From an uncultured Gammaproteobacteria bacterium (GTDB lineage Bacteria > Patescibacteriota > Microgenomatia > Levybacterales > UBA12049): a stretch of 64,000 nt of DNA. Positions 62,400-64,000 of the stretch are shown here, one piece after another. A program made the position numbers and the translations under genes. Below the pieces are notes generated by a model that saw nothing but the letters and a program-made list of their open reading frames with translations, made no database searches and was not told the origin of the DNA. How positions within the stretch are numbered: the stretch's first letter is position 1; each line of letters begins with the position of its first letter. Where the stretch lies: contig CAZDOJ010000001.1 of NCBI GenBank assembly GCA_964507055.1, positions 529,313-593,312 on the forward strand, given 5' to 3'.

Positions 62400-62843
62400 A
62401 TGCCAGACTTAAGTAAATTCGACAAATCAAAATTCTCCACACAACCATACGTGAAGCGAGTTGAAAAACCATGGGGATACGAAATTCATTGGGTTCCAGC
62501 AGGACTTCCATACATGGGGAAAATTCTCCACATCGACGCAGGCAGACGTCTTTCAATGCAAGTTCATGATGAAAAGCAAGAAACCTATTGGTTATTAAAA
62601 GGTGAATGCAATTTAATTTTAGAGAATGAAAAAGGAGAACTTGAAACAGTTAAACTTAAAAAGGGCCAAGGTTATACAACACAAGTTGGTCAGAGACATA
62701 GACATCAAGCTATAACTGATTGTGATATCGTTGAAGCATCTACAGCTGAACTGGGCACAACATGGAGACTTGAAGATGATTATAGCCGTCCAAATGAAAC
62801 CGAAGAATTGCGTAAAAAACCAAATCGCGGCTGGGATAAATAA
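62400..62843 (+). CDS. Cupin-domain protein
   Basis: Cupin motifs G(x)5HxH..E (LHIDAGRRLSMQVHDEKQE) and a second His motif. Confidence 0.5.
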   Translation: MPDLSKFDKSKFSTQPYVKRVEKPWGYEIHWVPAGLPYMGKILHIDAGRRLSMQVHDEKQETYWLLKGECNLILENEKGELETVKLKKGQGYTTQVGQRHRHQAITDCDIVEASTAELGTTWRLEDDYSRPNETEELRKKPNRGWDK

Positions 62844-62863
62844 TTTCTCCTGCGATATTACCT

Positions 62864-63904
62864 ATGCTTGATCTCAATAATAAAGAGCACCTTCAGGAAA
62901 TCGATAAATTAGATGCCCTTGGCACTACCGAAAATCTCCTCAAACAATGCGAAGCAGCATGGAACGAATCAACTGCACTTTCAGTTCCCAAGATAGAAAA
63001 TATATCCAATATTGTTTTTTGTGGAATGGGTGCATCAATGTATGGAGGACTTGTTCTGAAGTCGTTACTTGGACGCAATCTCCCCTATCCGATAGAAATA
63101 GTGAGTGATTACTATCTTCCGGATTATGTCGGCAAAAATACTCTCGTTGTCCTGACAAGCTATTCCGGGACCACAGAAGAAGTTCTCTCTTGTGCAGAAG
63201 ACGCTAAATCCAAAGAGGCACAAATGGTTGTCGTAACAAAAGGTGGAACTCTAGCAGAGTTTGCAAAAGATAATAACCTCCCAGCATATATATTCGAGCC
63301 AGAATTAAATCCAAATAATGTACCTCGACTTGGAACAGGTTATACAATCCTGGGAATGATCGGTTTGTTAAATAAAACCGGCGTTATTGATATCGAAGAT
63401 AAAGAAATTGAAGATGCACTTGTCCGCCTTCATGAGAAGTTTGACGAGATCAAACAACAAGCATTCCAAGATCATGCAATCTTTGTCAATAAAATCCCAA
63501 TCATCTTTGCAGCTGAACAACTTACTGGAAATGCACTTATCCTTCGCAACCAATTAAATGAAACCAGTAAAGCCTTTTCAGGGTTTTACCTATTGCCTGA
63601 TCTAAATCATCATTTGATGGAAGGTTTACAATTCCCATCTGGGGCACCACTTCACTTCCTCGCATTAAACTCTGCAAATTACTCGGACAAAATAAAAAGA
63701 CGCTTGGAACTTACTGAAGAAGTTGTAAGTCAGAATAAATATCCAGTGCATGAATTCATGACAAGTGGCCAAACAATCTATGATGATTTTCTCGAGGTTC
63801 TTGTATATGGTAGTTTCTTAACGCTTTATCTGGGCCTTGCGTACGAACAAAATCCGGGGACAAATCCTTGGGTTGATTGGTTCAAGAAAGAATTAAACGC
63901 TTAA
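62864..63904 (+). CDS. Bifunctional phosphoglucose/phosphomannose isomerase (SIS domain, archaeal-type PGI/PMI)
   Basis: SIS-domain pattern (IVFCGMGASMYGG ... VVLTSYSGTTEE). Confidence 0.6.
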   Translation: MLDLNNKEHLQEIDKLDALGTTENLLKQCEAAWNESTALSVPKIENISNIVFCGMGASMYGGLVLKSLLGRNLPYPIEIVSDYYLPDYVGKNTLVVLTSYSGTTEEVLSCAEDAKSKEAQMVVVTKGGTLAEFAKDNNLPAYIFEPELNPNNVPRLGTGYTILGMIGLLNKTGVIDIEDKEIEDALVRLHEKFDEIKQQAFQDHAIFVNKIPIIFAAEQLTGNALILRNQLNETSKAFSGFYLLPDLNHHLMEGLQFPSGAPLHFLALNSANYSDKIKRRLELTEEVVSQNKYPVHEFMTSGQTIYDDFLEVLVYGSFLTLYLGLAYEQNPGTNPWVDWFKKELNA

Positions 63905-64000
63905 CCGATAATCGATTTTACTTTATCTACAAGCTGTGCTGGAGTAAATGAACTCTTCAACATATATCCATCAGTAAATCCCAGTACATGATCGATCTCT
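63901..64000 (-). CDS. 3' end of an unidentified gene running off the window (...GFTDGYMLKSSFTPAQLVDKVKSIIG*)
   Basis: Reverse-strand frame is open from 64000 down to stop TAA (complement of 63901-63903). Confidence 0.3.
   Translation of the reverse strand, partial: EIDHVLGFTDGYMLKSSFTPAQLVDKVKSIIG

Overview
The window is low-GC (roughly 35-40% by eye) bacterial chromosomal DNA. It is densely coded on both strands, with short intergenic spacers and frequent 1-8 nt gene overlaps. I found no rRNA, CRISPR array, transposase or integrase. Small-genome bacteria such as Patescibacteria/CPR are a possible source, but the sequence alone does not establish this.

Recognisable housekeeping content:
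- DNA repair genes: class II photolyase, an alkyltransferase-like protein, uvrC, uvrA, an AlkA-like glycosylase, mutS-mutL and a DinB_2 protein.
- nadD-nadE, secG, rnhB, ahcY with a PfkB kinase, dus, holA-like, and a GDP-mannose-type cluster (phosphomannomutase, cupin, bifunctional PGI/PMI).
- Two ABC systems and an ABC-F ATPase.
- Three tRNAs: Lys-CTT, Lys-TTT and Glu-TTC.

Accessory-looking regions:
1. 6.5-14.9 kb: a surface-protein cluster. Two inverted paralogous CAP/SCP-domain proteins with dockerin-like C-terminal modules flank a CBM/PT-linker protein and tRNA-Lys(CTT). Next to them sit a dockerin-like repeat protein and a 594-aa low-complexity protein.
2. 43.9-48.3 kb: an islet beside tRNA-Lys(TTT). 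It holds csp, a zinc-ribbon peptide, small membrane proteins and a putative Type II R-M pair. The pair is a C5-cytosine methyltransferase with an N-terminal XRE-type HTH and a convergent, 3'-overlapping uncharacterised PD-(D/E)xK-like ORF that is a candidate restriction endonuclease.
3. 27.7-29.8 kb: two twin-arginine-signal proteins bracketing a 43-aa Cys-rich peptide.
4. A secreted tyrosinase with an unknown upstream partner.
5. A pentapeptide-repeat protein abutting the ABC-F ATPase.

No clearly novel multi-gene system can be proven from sequence alone. The most system-like candidate is the tRNA-adjacent R-M locus with an unassignable REase family. All functional calls rest on motif recognition by eye and need HMM or BLAST confirmation.
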